Assembly (NCBI GenBank): GCA_963676565.1
Contig: OY781089.1
Coordinates: 1,504,001-1,568,000, forward strand
Length of the DNA: 64,000 nt
Source: Halarcobacter sp.
Lineage (GTDB): Bacteria; Campylobacterota; Campylobacteria; Campylobacterales; Arcobacteraceae
Reading direction: 5' to 3'
A program made the position numbers and the translations under genes. Shown piece after piece: positions 1 to 10,180 of this stretch. The notes under the pieces are model-generated. The model made no database searches. It saw only the letters and a list, made by a program, of their open reading frames with translations, and had not been told where the DNA came from. The first letter of the stretch is position 1. Every line of letters starts with the position of its first letter.

Positions 1-177
1 GTTACTAATCCAGATTATGAGCCAATGATTAAAGAGATGATAGAAATCGCTTTTGATGATGTTCCTAGAATTCCATTATATCAACCATATTTAGATGCTG
101 CAATGCAAAAAAATGTTGATGGATATTCTTCATGGTTCCATAGACAACTTGATTGTAGTACTATTACGAAATCTTAA
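1..177 (+). CDS. 3' end (partial) of peptide/nickel ABC transporter substrate-binding protein
   Basis: Frame 1 reads VTNPDYEPMIKEMIEIAFDDVPRIPLYQPYL...WFHRQLDCSTITKS*, a family-5 SBP-like C-terminus directly upstream of DppB/C-type permeases. Confidence 0.75.
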   Translation, partial: VTNPDYEPMIKEMIEIAFDDVPRIPLYQPYLDAAMQKNVDGYSSWFHRQLDCSTITKS

Positions 178-181
178 TATT

Positions 182-1204
182 ATGAAAAATCGTGTAGCTC
201 AAATAATAAATAGACTATTTCAGTCAATACCTTCAATCATAGGTATCATAATAATTTCGTTTTTATTAACAAGAGCCTTACCAGGTGACCCAGCAGTTTA
301 TTTTGCTGGGGCTATGGCTGATGAAGAATCAATTCAACAAACAAGAATTGCCCTTGGTTTAGATAAAGGTATTATTGAACAGTTTTTTATTTATGTACAA
401 AATTTATTTCAAGGTAATTTAGGGATGTCATTAAACACTGGACTTCCTGTTTTAGAAGAGTTAGGTACAAGATTGCCAGCTTCTTTGGAATTAACATTTT
501 TAGGTCTTACATTTGCCGTATTAGTTGCTATTCCATTAGGAATTTTATCTGCAACTAAACCAGGAAGTTTAATAGACCATTTAACAAGAGTTTTAGTAAC
601 AATGGGAGTTTCCCTTCCAACATTTTTTACAGGATTATTTTTAATTTATATATTTTATTTTATTTTAGGAATTGCCCCTTCACCTATTGGAAGGTTAGAT
701 ATTATCTATTTATCACCTCCTCATGTGACAGGGTTTTATACAATAGATTCATTATTAGCAAATGATATGGAAACTTTTTGGGCTAGTGTTAGACAGCTTA
801 TTTTACCATCTTTAACATTGGGAATTTTTGCTCTAGCTCCAATAGCTAGAATGACAAGAGCTTCTATGTTAAATGCCTTATCAAGTGATTATGTAAGAAC
901 CGCAAAGGCAAATGGTTTACCCCAAGGAAAAGTTTTGATAACTTATGCCTTGAGAAATTCTTTCCTTTCAATTCTTACAACACTAGGGATGGTTTTTTCA
1001 TTTTTGCTTGGTGCAAATGTGTTAGTTGAAAAAGTGTTCTCATGGCCAGGAATTGGTTCTTTTGCAATTGAAGCACTAGTTGCCTCAGATTATGCAGCAG
1101 TTCAAGGTTTTGTTTTAACAATGGCATTACTGTTTGTACTAGTAAACTTATTGATAGATATTATTCTTACTCTAATTGATCCTAGAGTTTCAATCGATAA
1201 TTAA
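182..1204 (+). CDS. peptide/nickel ABC permease (DppB/OppB type)
   Basis: LPGDPA N-terminal motif, EAA-like loop YVRTAKANGL, EKVFSWPGIG; start moved to ATG 182 because the ORF-track start overlaps the upstream gene. Confidence 0.92.
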   Translation: MKNRVAQIINRLFQSIPSIIGIIIISFLLTRALPGDPAVYFAGAMADEESIQQTRIALGLDKGIIEQFFIYVQNLFQGNLGMSLNTGLPVLEELGTRLPASLELTFLGLTFAVLVAIPLGILSATKPGSLIDHLTRVLVTMGVSLPTFFTGLFLIYIFYFILGIAPSPIGRLDIIYLSPPHVTGFYTIDSLLANDMETFWASVRQLILPSLTLGIFALAPIARMTRASMLNALSSDYVRTAKANGLPQGKVLITYALRNSFLSILTTLGMVFSFLLGANVLVEKVFSWPGIGSFAIEALVASDYAAVQGFVLTMALLFVLVNLLIDIILTLIDPRVSIDN

Positions 1205-1213
1205 GGAAAAAAG

Positions 1214-2059
1214 ATGAATCAATTTTTTAAACATTTTATTTATGTATTAAAAGAAAACCCAGTTACTGCCTTATCTTTTTTTATGTTTTTTGCAATTGTA
1301 TTTTTATCAATATTTGGTTCTGCAATTGCTCCATATGATCCACTCTTGACAGATGCAAAAGCAATACTCCAAGCTCCATCTTGGGCTCATCCATTTGGAA
1401 CTGACAATTTAGGTCGTGATATTTTAAGTAGAGTTATTGTTGCCACAAGATTGGATTTATTTATTGCATTTTCTGCTGTATTTTTATCATTTTTTATTGG
1501 TAGTGCTTTAGGAGCTATATCTGGATATTATGGTGGGTGGATAGATAAGATTATAGGAAGAGTAAGTGATTCTATCATGGCTTTTCCCTTATTTGTTTTA
1601 GCTATGGGGATTGTAGCAACTATGGGTAATTCAGTAGAAAATATCATCTATGCAACTGCAATAATCAATCTACCTTTTTATGCAAGGGTAACTAGAGCAG
1701 AAGTTTTAATTAGAAGAGATGCTGGATATGTTTTAGCGGCAAAATTAAATGGAAATTCAAACATGAGAATATTGGCTTTACAGATTTTTCCAAATTGTCT
1801 ACCACCTATGATGATTCAAGTATCTTTGAATATGGGATGGGCAATTTTAAATGCAGCTGGTCTTTCATTTATTGGTTTAGGCGTTAGGCCTCCTGATGCA
1901 GAGTGGGGGATTATGGTTGCAGAAGGTGCAACTTATATTGTTTCAGGTGAATGGTGGCTCGCACTTTTCCCAGGATTAGCATTAATGCTTGCAGTATTTT
2001 GTTTCAATCTTTTAGGTGATGGTTTAAGAGATTTGGTTGACCCCAAAAAGAGAACATAA
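1214..2059 (+). CDS. peptide/nickel ABC permease (DppC/OppC type)
   Basis: HPFGTDNLGRD, LSFIGLG, FNLLGDGLRD motifs. Confidence 0.93.
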   Translation: MNQFFKHFIYVLKENPVTALSFFMFFAIVFLSIFGSAIAPYDPLLTDAKAILQAPSWAHPFGTDNLGRDILSRVIVATRLDLFIAFSAVFLSFFIGSALGAISGYYGGWIDKIIGRVSDSIMAFPLFVLAMGIVATMGNSVENIIYATAIINLPFYARVTRAEVLIRRDAGYVLAAKLNGNSNMRILALQIFPNCLPPMMIQVSLNMGWAILNAAGLSFIGLGVRPPDAEWGIMVAEGATYIVSGEWWLALFPGLALMLAVFCFNLLGDGLRDLVDPKKRT

Positions 2060-2085
2060 AATTTAAAGAACATAAAGGATAATAA

Positions 2086-3792
2086 ATGTATTCATTTTTA
2101 AATATTGATAACCTAAGTGTCGATTTTAAAACTAGAAATGGAATTGTTCATGGGGTTAAAAATGTCTCAATGGATATAAAAAAAGGTGAAATTCTTGGTG
2201 TAATTGGTGAAAGTGGTTCAGGTAAATCTGTTACTGCTTTTACAGTATTAGGATTATTGGATTCTGCTGGATATGTTTCAAGTGGGGATATCTCTTATGA
2301 AAACTTTTCTTTAACAAAAGCAAATGAGAGTGAATTAAGATTATATAGAGGTAGAGAGATCTCTATGATTTTTCAAAATCCTAGGGCTGCATTAAATCCA
2401 ATTAGATGTGTAGGAAAGCAGATTGAAGATGTTTTAATTTGTCATAAACAAGCTTCCCCTCAAGATGCAAAAGAAAAAGCAATAAAAATGCTTGAAAAGG
2501 TAAAAATTGTAAACCCAGAACAAAGATATTATTCTTATCCTTTTGAGCTTTCTGGTGGTATGTGTCAAAGGGTTATGATTGCAATTGCAATTGCTTGTAG
2601 ACCAAGACTTTTAATAGCTGATGAACCTACAACAGGACTTGATGTAACTACTCAAAAAATTATTATGGATTTAATACAAGAACTAGCAAGAAATGAAGGT
2701 ATGTCTGTAATGTTAATTACCCATGATTTAGGTATGGCGGCATTATATTGTAATAATATTTGTGTAATGCAAAAGGGTGAAATAGTTGAAAAAAATAGTG
2801 TAATTAATTTATTTCAAAACCCAACACATCCTTATACAAAAAAACTAATAGCAGCTTCTCCCGGACCCAAATCTAAGCTTGAGGATTTAACAGCAATTCC
2901 TGAAGAGATGGAAGATTCAAATGTAGAAGTGGTAAAAATAAGTAATAAAAAACATATAAAAAGTAACAAAGTTGTTTTAGAGGTTGTTGATTTAGTAAAA
3001 AAGTTTCCAATTGGTAAAAAGTCTTTTTTTAATTTTAAAAAAGAAAAAGAGGAAATGTTTACAGCTGTAAATGGGATTTCATTTACACTAAAAAAAGGTG
3101 AAAGTTTAGGTTTAGTTGGAGAATCTGGTTGTGGTAAGTCAACAACATCAAGTATGATTACAAAATTACTAGAGCCAACTTCAGGAGATATTATTTTAGA
3201 TAAAGAAAATATAACTGCATATACAGCAACACAATTTTCATCTATGAAACAAAGAAATAAAATCCAAATGGTTTTCCAAGACCCAACTGAGAGTTTAAAT
3301 CCAAGATTTACAGCATATGATTCTATTTCAGAGCCTATAAAAAGGCTTTTAAATATGAAAAGCAAAGAAAAAATCAAAAAAAGAGTTGAAGAGTTAAGTC
3401 TAATGGTAGGACTTCCTATTCATCTTCTTTCTAGATTTCCCCACCAATTATCTGGTGGACAAAAAGCAAGAGTAGGGATAGCAAGAGCTATTTCAACTAA
3501 TCCAAAGGTTTTAATACTAGATGAGCCAACTTCTGCCCTTGATGTATCTGTTCAAGCAGTTGTTTTACAACTTTTAGAAAAATTAAAAATTGAATTACAA
3601 ATGAGTTATATTTTTGTATCTCATGATTTAAATGTAGTTAAATTATTGTGTGAAAGAGTTATTGTAATGAATAGGGGTGAAATAGTTGAACAAGGTGATG
3701 TTTATGATATTTTGGAAAATCCAAAAGAGGAGTATACAAAAAAACTTATAGAGTCAATTCCCCATTTTGAACCAAATAAATTGATATCTTGA
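2086..3792 (+). CDS. fused double-domain peptide ABC ATPase (DppD/DppF type)
   Basis: Two Walker A motifs (GESGSGKS, GESGCGKS), two LSGG signatures, two DEPT Walker B motifs. Confidence 0.95.
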   Translation: MYSFLNIDNLSVDFKTRNGIVHGVKNVSMDIKKGEILGVIGESGSGKSVTAFTVLGLLDSAGYVSSGDISYENFSLTKANESELRLYRGREISMIFQNPRAALNPIRCVGKQIEDVLICHKQASPQDAKEKAIKMLEKVKIVNPEQRYYSYPFELSGGMCQRVMIAIAIACRPRLLIADEPTTGLDVTTQKIIMDLIQELARNEGMSVMLITHDLGMAALYCNNICVMQKGEIVEKNSVINLFQNPTHPYTKKLIAASPGPKSKLEDLTAIPEEMEDSNVEVVKISNKKHIKSNKVVLEVVDLVKKFPIGKKSFFNFKKEKEEMFTAVNGISFTLKKGESLGLVGESGCGKSTTSSMITKLLEPTSGDIILDKENITAYTATQFSSMKQRNKIQMVFQDPTESLNPRFTAYDSISEPIKRLLNMKSKEKIKKRVEELSLMVGLPIHLLSRFPHQLSGGQKARVGIARAISTNPKVLILDEPTSALDVSVQAVVLQLLEKLKIELQMSYIFVSHDLNVVKLLCERVIVMNRGEIVEQGDVYDILENPKEEYTKKLIESIPHFEPNKLIS

Positions 3793-3822
3793 TAATAAGT
3801 TCAATTGGATATAATTTTAGCC

Positions 3823-4503
3823 ATGAAAAATATTTTAAAGTATCTTACTGTTTTATATGTCGAAGATGATGATGAAGTAAGAGAAAATATAACAAGTTCA
3901 ATTTCAAATATTGTTAAAAAAGTTTATTCAAGTTCTAATGCTAAAGATGCATTAGAACTTTATGACTCTATAAAACCTGACATTATTTTTACTGATATTG
4001 ATATGCCTGGAATAAATGGTTTAGAGTTAGTAAAAGAGATAAGAGAAGAAGATAGTTCTACTCCTATTGTTGTTTTAACGGCTTATAAAACTGAAAACTT
4101 TTTATTAGAAGCTGTTTCTTTACACCTTGAATCATATATAATAAAACCTATTTCTTATCAAGATTTAAAAGAAGCTTTGTTTAATTGTTCCCAAAAATTG
4201 TTAGAGCGAAATAGATTTGAAATAGTCTTTCCTAATAGTTCTAAATACAATCTTCATACAAATATTTTTACAAATGAAAATAATGAAATTGAAAAACTAC
4301 AACATAAAGAAAAACTTCTTTTAGAAATTTTAATCGAGTTTAAAAATGAACTTGTTTTGTATGATATTATTGAAGAAAATGTTTGGGAAGGTGATATCCT
4401 AAATAAAGGCACATTAAAAGTTTTGATTGGAAAACTTCGTCAAAAAATTGGAAAAAATTCAATAATAAATGAAAATGAACAAGGTTATAGGCTTCTCATT
4501 TGA
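3823..4503 (+). CDS. OmpR-family response regulator
   Basis: Receiver VEDD...TDIDMP...KP plus winged-helix C-terminus; ATG 3823 preferred over TTG 3805. Confidence 0.9.
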   Translation: MKNILKYLTVLYVEDDDEVRENITSSISNIVKKVYSSSNAKDALELYDSIKPDIIFTDIDMPGINGLELVKEIREEDSSTPIVVLTAYKTENFLLEAVSLHLESYIIKPISYQDLKEALFNCSQKLLERNRFEIVFPNSSKYNLHTNIFTNENNEIEKLQHKEKLLLEILIEFKNELVLYDIIEENVWEGDILNKGTLKVLIGKLRQKIGKNSIINENEQGYRLLI

Positions 4504-6200
4504 TAAAAAATAAATACAAACTGCATGTTTCATCTATAATTATTATAGGTTTTTTACTCTCCTTGACTATTAGTTATTTTATAAATAATATTGAAGAAAA
4601 AGCTATAAAAAATAGATTTGAAAATGTTGTTGATAACAAGATGAAATCTTTTTATCGAGGTATCTTAGTAAATCTAGAAACTCTATATACTTTATCTATT
4701 TTATTTAATGAAGATAAAGTTCCTTCGAGAGAATTATTTGATAAAGAAGCAAAAAAAATCATAAAAAGACACAATGCCTTACAAGCTTTAGAATGGATTC
4801 CAAAGGTTCAAAATGAACAAAGATCATTGTATGAAAAAGATTTCTTTTTTACAAAACAAAATTCAAATAAACAAATGGTAAAAATAGAGACAAAAGATGT
4901 TTATTTTCCAGTTTTCTATGTGACTCCTTTGAAAAATAATGAAGCAGCTCTTGGTTTTGATCTTTCAAGTAATCCAAATAGAAATATAACAATTCAAGAA
5001 TCACTTTCAACTAAAAAACCTCAAATTACAAAGGCAATTGAACTTGTACAAAACCAAAATAAAAAAGGTTTTCTAGCTTTTTTACCAATATATGAAGAAG
5101 ACAATCAAAATATAAAAGGGTTTGTTTTAGGAGTATTTGTGATTGAAGATATTTTTATGAAAACTATTTTAGATGATAAAATCTCTAAACAAATAAACTT
5201 TAATATTTTCGATACAGATAATAATGAATTAATATTTAACCATAGTGCAGAAAATAAACCATATAAATATCTAAATTATAGAATCAAGTTTCCTAGTATT
5301 TGGGGAAAACAATGGGAAGTTGAAGCAATACCAAATATAGAATATATAAATGAAAGAAAAAGTTTGGCTTTTGAATTAAGTTTGATAATTGGAATTTTGT
5401 TAACAATAATTGTTTCATATAAAATAAATAAATTTCAAAATCAAAAATTTGAGTCTCAACAAGAACTAAAAAATAAAGATGATATTTTATATATACAATC
5501 AAGGTATGCAACTATTGGTGAAACCTTATCCAATATTGAACATCAATGGAGAACTCCTTTATCAAAACTATCTTCAAATATTATCTCAATTCAAAGTGAA
5601 ATAGAATTTAAAGGGATGCCCCAAAAAGAGAACTTGCAAACCAAGTTAGAAAATATGCAAAAGACTTTGGATTATATGAGTAATATTGTTGATGAATTCA
5701 AAAATTTTCATATTCAAGATAAACATAAAACAGATTTTTCTTTTGATGATACATTAAATGTTGCACTTAAACTTTTAGAACATGATTTTACAAAACTTAG
5801 TATCAAAGTTGTAAAACAAAAAAAATTCAATCAAACTTTATATGGATATCAAAATGAATTTTCGCAAGTACTAGTAAATATACTCTCAAATTCTAAAGAT
5901 GCATTTATAGAAAGAAAAGTTCACAATCCTTTAATACAAATACAAACATACGATAAAGAAGGTAAGGTCTATATAAAAATTAGAGACAATGCAGGTGGTA
6001 TTGAAGAAAAACATATAAAAAACATATTTGAACAATTTTATAGTACAAAAGAAAGTTCAGGAATAGGGTTACATTTGAGTAAAATGATTGTTACAAAACA
6101 TATGGATGGAAAAATTGAAGTTAAAAACTCTAATTTTAGTGTTCATTCTGTAAACTATTATGGTGCAACTTTTATTATCGAACTCCCAAAAAAAGTTTAG
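4500..6200 (+). CDS. CHASE-domain sensor histidine kinase
   Basis: TM-CHASE (YFPVFYVTP, ALGFDL)-TM, H-box EHQWRTPL, N box, DNAGG, GIGL; overlaps the RR stop. Confidence 0.9.
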   Translation: MIKNKYKLHVSSIIIIGFLLSLTISYFINNIEEKAIKNRFENVVDNKMKSFYRGILVNLETLYTLSILFNEDKVPSRELFDKEAKKIIKRHNALQALEWIPKVQNEQRSLYEKDFFFTKQNSNKQMVKIETKDVYFPVFYVTPLKNNEAALGFDLSSNPNRNITIQESLSTKKPQITKAIELVQNQNKKGFLAFLPIYEEDNQNIKGFVLGVFVIEDIFMKTILDDKISKQINFNIFDTDNNELIFNHSAENKPYKYLNYRIKFPSIWGKQWEVEAIPNIEYINERKSLAFELSLIIGILLTIIVSYKINKFQNQKFESQQELKNKDDILYIQSRYATIGETLSNIEHQWRTPLSKLSSNIISIQSEIEFKGMPQKENLQTKLENMQKTLDYMSNIVDEFKNFHIQDKHKTDFSFDDTLNVALKLLEHDFTKLSIKVVKQKKFNQTLYGYQNEFSQVLVNILSNSKDAFIERKVHNPLIQIQTYDKEGKVYIKIRDNAGGIEEKHIKNIFEQFYSTKESSGIGLHLSKMIVTKHMDGKIEVKNSNFSVHSVNYYGATFIIELPKKV

Positions 6201-6245
6201 TGGTGTGAAGAAAGGGATTTGAACCCTCTCATCAGTTGTGGCATT
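6201..6245 (-). repeat. degenerate direct repeat of the tRNA-Leu 3' half (att-like scar)
   Basis: tggtgtgaagaaagggatttgaaccctctcatcagttgtggcatt matches 7999-8043 at 37/45 positions, same orientation. Confidence 0.85.
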
Positions 6246-7869
6246 TATCAAGATTTTTTAAGATATTTTCTAACTTGTCTTTTTTTATTAAAGAGTTTTC
6301 ATCAAATTGTATATTCATTCTTTTAAACTTTTTAGAAATTCTTTCACTTACCCCAACAATAATTAATTTTTTATTATTTTGCTTGAAATTATCTATTATA
6401 GATTTAAATGCTACTAAAGCTGTCATATCCATTATCGAAACATTTTCTAAATTTATAATAACAGTTTCTATGTCTTTTTTTGTATCAAGTAAAGTTTTTA
6501 AAGCTCTTTGTGCTGCCCCAAAGAACATAGGACCATTTATATCGTAAATTGCTACATTATCTGGAATTTCAAAATGAGCTAATGAGTGTTTATTATTAAT
6601 CAACTTTATTGAATATAAATCTATTGTTCTTTTTATAAATAAAATAGATGCTAATCCCATTCCTACACCAACTGCAATTTGCATATCAAGTAAAACTGTT
6701 AAAATAAAACAAGTTAATAGTACATATATATCATGTTTTGGAGCAACTTTTATAATATTTATAAAGTGTTTAATTTCCGACATATTATAAGCAACTATAA
6801 GTAATAAAGCTGATAATGAAGCCATTGGTAAATATGATAAATATGGAGCCAAAATAATGATACACAAAAATATAAATATCGCATGAATAACTGAAGAAAG
6901 TTTAGAATTAGCTCCTGCTTTTACATTGGCAGCACTTCTTGCAATTGCTGCTGTTGCTGGTATTCCTCCAAAAAAAGGCACAAAAATATTTGCTAATCCT
7001 TGACCTATTAACTCTTTATTTGGGTCAGTTCTATATCCAGTCATACCATCAGTTATTACTGCGCAAAGTAATGATTCTAATCCTCCTAATATTGCAATAG
7101 CAACTGCATGGGGTAAAATCTTATAAAACATAGCTAATGATAAATCATCGACAGTATAAGCACTCCAAGGAGCTGAAAATTGCAGAGGAATAGAAGGAAT
7201 ACCATTACCAACTATTCCATTTATATCATATTGAAAAGTTGAATAAATAGTTGAAATCTGATTTTGAGGAAATGTTAAATTATATAATACAACACTAATA
7301 GTTACTATTGATAAAGCAATTAATGCAGCAGGAATTTTACTTTTTGTTTTACCCCATAAAATTAATATTGCTAAAGTTGATATACCTACAATTAATTCTT
7401 GAATTTTAAATGTTGGCAAACTCGTTAACAATAGGTATACTTTTTGATGAAAATGTCCAGAAAAGTTCTCAATAGTAAGCCCAAAAAAATCTTTAACTTG
7501 AAATGTTGCAATTACCACTGCAATCCCTGTTGTAAATCCTACTGTTACTGGGTAAGGTATAAGTTCAATTAATGTTCCTAGTTTAAAAAGACCCATTAAT
7601 AAAAGAAAAAATCCTGACATTAATCCACAAATTAATAATCCTTTTAATCCAAAATCTTGAACAATTGGTATCAATATTACTACAAAAGCAGCTGTTGGTC
7701 CTGATATGCTAAATTTACTACTTCCAAATATTGCTGCTACAATTCCAGCAACAATTGCAGTATATAAACCGTTTTGAGGAGGAACCCCAATGGCTATTGC
7801 TAATGCCATTGACAAAGGTAATGCAATTATTCCAACTGTGAGGCCTGAAAAAATATTATTTTTAATCAT
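6232..7869 (-). CDS. dauA: SulP family transporter with STAS domain, C4-dicarboxylate transporter DauA-like
   Basis: GLTVGIIALPLSMALAIA, GLYTAIVAG, SGPTAAFVVIL, C-terminal STAS (INGPMFFGAA). Confidence 0.85.
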   Translation of the reverse strand: MIKNNIFSGLTVGIIALPLSMALAIAIGVPPQNGLYTAIVAGIVAAIFGSSKFSISGPTAAFVVILIPIVQDFGLKGLLICGLMSGFFLLLMGLFKLGTLIELIPYPVTVGFTTGIAVVIATFQVKDFFGLTIENFSGHFHQKVYLLLTSLPTFKIQELIVGISTLAILILWGKTKSKIPAALIALSIVTISVVLYNLTFPQNQISTIYSTFQYDINGIVGNGIPSIPLQFSAPWSAYTVDDLSLAMFYKILPHAVAIAILGGLESLLCAVITDGMTGYRTDPNKELIGQGLANIFVPFFGGIPATAAIARSAANVKAGANSKLSSVIHAIFIFLCIIILAPYLSYLPMASLSALLLIVAYNMSEIKHFINIIKVAPKHDIYVLLTCFILTVLLDMQIAVGVGMGLASILFIKRTIDLYSIKLINNKHSLAHFEIPDNVAIYDINGPMFFGAAQRALKTLLDTKKDIETVIINLENVSIMDMTALVAFKSIIDNFKQNNKKLIIVGVSERISKKFKRMNIQFDENSLIKKDKLENILKNLDKCHN

Positions 7870-7998
7870 TTACTTTTCCCCTAATTTTAGATTTTCATGT
7901 ATAGAAATAAACTGATCGGGTATTTATAAATCTCGGTCTTTAATAGTAGATTCTATTTCAAGAAATATGTTGTTGATTAACTTAGAATACTTATTAAA

Positions 7999-8084
7999 TG
8001 GTGCGAATGGAGGGATTTGAACCCTCACACCAGTACTGGCATTAGCCCCTCAAGCTAACGTGTCTACCGTTCCACCACATTCGC
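7999..8084 (-). tRNA. tRNA-Leu (anticodon GAG)
   Basis: Reverse complement GCGAATG...CATTCGC-A-CCA acceptor stem, TTAGC-TTGAGGG-GCTAA anticodon arm, long variable arm, GGTTCAAATCC T-arm. Confidence 0.97.
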
Positions 8085-8221
8085 ACATAACAATTTCAAT
8101 AAGTCTTTATACTATTGAAAATAAGGGTGAAATTATACATCAAAAGAGCTAAAATATTTAATAAATATCTTTAACTTTCTAATTAATATAAAAATTTTGA
8201 TATATACATTAAGTATCAGAT

Positions 8222-8773
8222 TTAAAATAAAGTATGCTCAATCAAAATTTTTAAGCCTATAATAATAAGTATCACACCACCTAATTTTTCGGCCTTATCT
8301 TCTAGATATGAACCCCCTTTGGTTCCCATATATACGCCAAAGTAGCTAAATAAAAATGTTGTAACACCTATGATTATCATTGATACAAAAGGATTAAGTG
8401 CCATAAGATTTAAGGTAAATCCTGCTGCCATAGCATCAATACTTGTAGCAATAGCTAAAAGTAAAAGAATTTTATTTGATGTTGATATTATCTCTTCTTC
8501 TGTATTTTCACCAAAACTGTCATATAGCATTTTACCACCAATTAAACTTAATAGAATAAATGCAAGCCAATGATCAATTGCCTCAATAAAATTTCCCATA
8601 CCTATACTTGCTAAATATCCAAATAAGGGCATTATTCCTTGAAATAATCCAAAAAGAATAGATGCTTTTAAAGCTAGTCTTTTATCAAATTTAATTGATT
8701 TAACTCCCAAGCCAACTGAAACTGCAAAAGCATCCATAGAAAGTGCAAATGCTAATAGTAAAACCTCAATCAT
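8222..8773 (-). CDS. mntP: manganese efflux pump MntP
   Basis: ALSMDAFAVS and AIATSIDA repeats, 6 TM. Confidence 0.9.
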   Translation of the reverse strand: MIEVLLLAFALSMDAFAVSVGLGVKSIKFDKRLALKASILFGLFQGIMPLFGYLASIGMGNFIEAIDHWLAFILLSLIGGKMLYDSFGENTEEEIISTSNKILLLLAIATSIDAMAAGFTLNLMALNPFVSMIIIGVTTFLFSYFGVYMGTKGGSYLEDKAEKLGGVILIIIGLKILIEHTLF

Positions 8774-8782
8774 TATATATTC

Positions 8783-9055
8783 CTATTTCAAATAAGTTTT
8801 TAATAAATTTGTTACGTTTTCAATCTCTTGGGTTCTTTGTTCTTCACTCACGTGGTTTCCTAAATGTTCTTTTATATGATCGTTAAGTAGTTCATTCATT
8901 AAAGATTGTATAGCTCCCCTAGAAGCAGAAATTTGCTGTAAAACTTTAAAGCAGTCTTTTTCATCTTCTACTGCTTTTTCAATACCACTAAGCTGCCCTT
9001 TTATTTTTTTTATTCTCATAAGTATTTTATCTTTATTTGCAATTACATGAGCCAT
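8783..9055 (-). CDS. RcnR/FrmR/CsoR-family metal-sensing repressor (DmeR-like)
   Basis: MAH N-terminus, RIKKIKGQ, C-x-x-VLQQ, conserved His (DHIKEH); divergent from a CDF exporter. Confidence 0.9.
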   Translation of the reverse strand: MAHVIANKDKILMRIKKIKGQLSGIEKAVEDEKDCFKVLQQISASRGAIQSLMNELLNDHIKEHLGNHVSEEQRTQEIENVTNLLKTYLK

Positions 9056-9079
9056 ATTAATCCTTTAACGCAATTTTTA

Positions 9080-9099
9080 ACTATACTGAGGTATAGTAT
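9080..9099. promoter_or_regulatory. probable RcnR-family operator overlapping divergent -10 boxes
   Basis: ACTATAC-TGAG-GTATAGT perfect inverted repeat and overlapping ATACT-N7-AGTAT (RcnR-like TACT-N7-AGTA). Confidence 0.7.
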
Positions 9100-9125
9100 C
9101 AAAATATTATTAATAAGAGAATAAA

Positions 9126-10073
9126 ATGAATACATTAAAAACATTAAAAACTAATTCCCCGTCACATAATTTTGATAGTTCAAATCCAATTGCCAAAAAA
9201 AATGTATTTTATGCAACACTTTTAACATTTGTAACAATGTTAGTTGAGATATTTGGAGGATTATATTATAACTCTATGGCACTGTTAGCAGATGGTTGGC
9301 ATATGAGCTCCCATGTACTTGCTCTAGGAATGGCATATTTAGCTTATGTGATGGCAAATAAATATGCAAATGATTTTAGATTTAATTTTGGAACATATAA
9401 GATAGAAGTATTGGGTGGATATACAAGTGCAATATCACTTTTAGCAGTTGCTTTTTTTATGGCTTATCATTCAGTTGAAAGGATATTTAATCCAGTAGAA
9501 ATAAGATATAAAGAAGCAATTGCTATTGCAATATTAGGTTTAATAGTTAATTTAATTTGTGCTTGGTTATTAAAAGATGATCATCATCACCATAATCATG
9601 AACATCATGAAGAACATCACCATCACGACCATCATCATGACCATGATATGAATTTAAAAGCAGCATATCTACATGTATTAGCAGATGCCTTAACCTCAAT
9701 TTTAGCAATTGTTGCTTTAGTAGGTGCAATGTTATGGGAAGTTACATGGCTTGATCCTGTTATGGGTATTGTTGGTTCTATTTTAGTATTTATTTGGGCA
9801 ATAGGACTTATCAAACAATCTGCAAAAATTCTTTTAGATGCAGAGATGGATAATCCTATAGTTGAAGAAGTAATAGAATCTATAAACAACATAAATAAAA
9901 ATATTCAAATAAATGATTTACATATATGGAAAGTTGGAAAAGGAAAGTATTCTTGTATTTTATCTATATCTGTTGAAGAAAATGAGATTAATATAAACGA
10001 AATAAAAAAACATCTTGCAAAAGATCAAAAATTAGTTCATATAACTATTGAACAATCTATCAAAGGAGTGTAA
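9126..10073 (+). CDS. dmeF: CDF family Co/Ni efflux transporter DmeF
   Basis: SMALLADGWHM, His-rich loop, AAYLHVLADA. Confidence 0.9.
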   Translation: MNTLKTLKTNSPSHNFDSSNPIAKKNVFYATLLTFVTMLVEIFGGLYYNSMALLADGWHMSSHVLALGMAYLAYVMANKYANDFRFNFGTYKIEVLGGYTSAISLLAVAFFMAYHSVERIFNPVEIRYKEAIAIAILGLIVNLICAWLLKDDHHHHNHEHHEEHHHHDHHHDHDMNLKAAYLHVLADALTSILAIVALVGAMLWEVTWLDPVMGIVGSILVFIWAIGLIKQSAKILLDAEMDNPIVEEVIESINNINKNIQINDLHIWKVGKGKYSCILSISVEENEININEIKKHLAKDQKLVHITIEQSIKGV

Positions 10074-10180
10074 AACAGATTGTTTAATATTTTCCTTAAT
10101 TAAAATAACTTGAATTAGATAACTTTTAGTTCATTTTGAAAATATATATTTAAAGAAAAGTTTTTTTAAGAGGAAATAAG

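Noticed and set aside
95..181. ORF-track N-terminal extensions (95; also 14165, 28348, 42826, 50237)
   Set aside because: They overlap upstream genes or promoters; downstream ATGs fit SD or family N-termini better
7914..7938. GATCGGG...CTCGGTC hairpin between tRNA-Leu and dauA
   Set aside because: Pairs well only on the plus strand through G-U wobble, opposite to tRNA transcription, and has no U-tract; no function assignable
9578..9648. CAT/GAA-rich low-complexity repeats in dmeF (and znuA about 28705-28810)
   Set aside because: They encode expected His-rich metal-binding loops; not CRISPR or a mobile repeat
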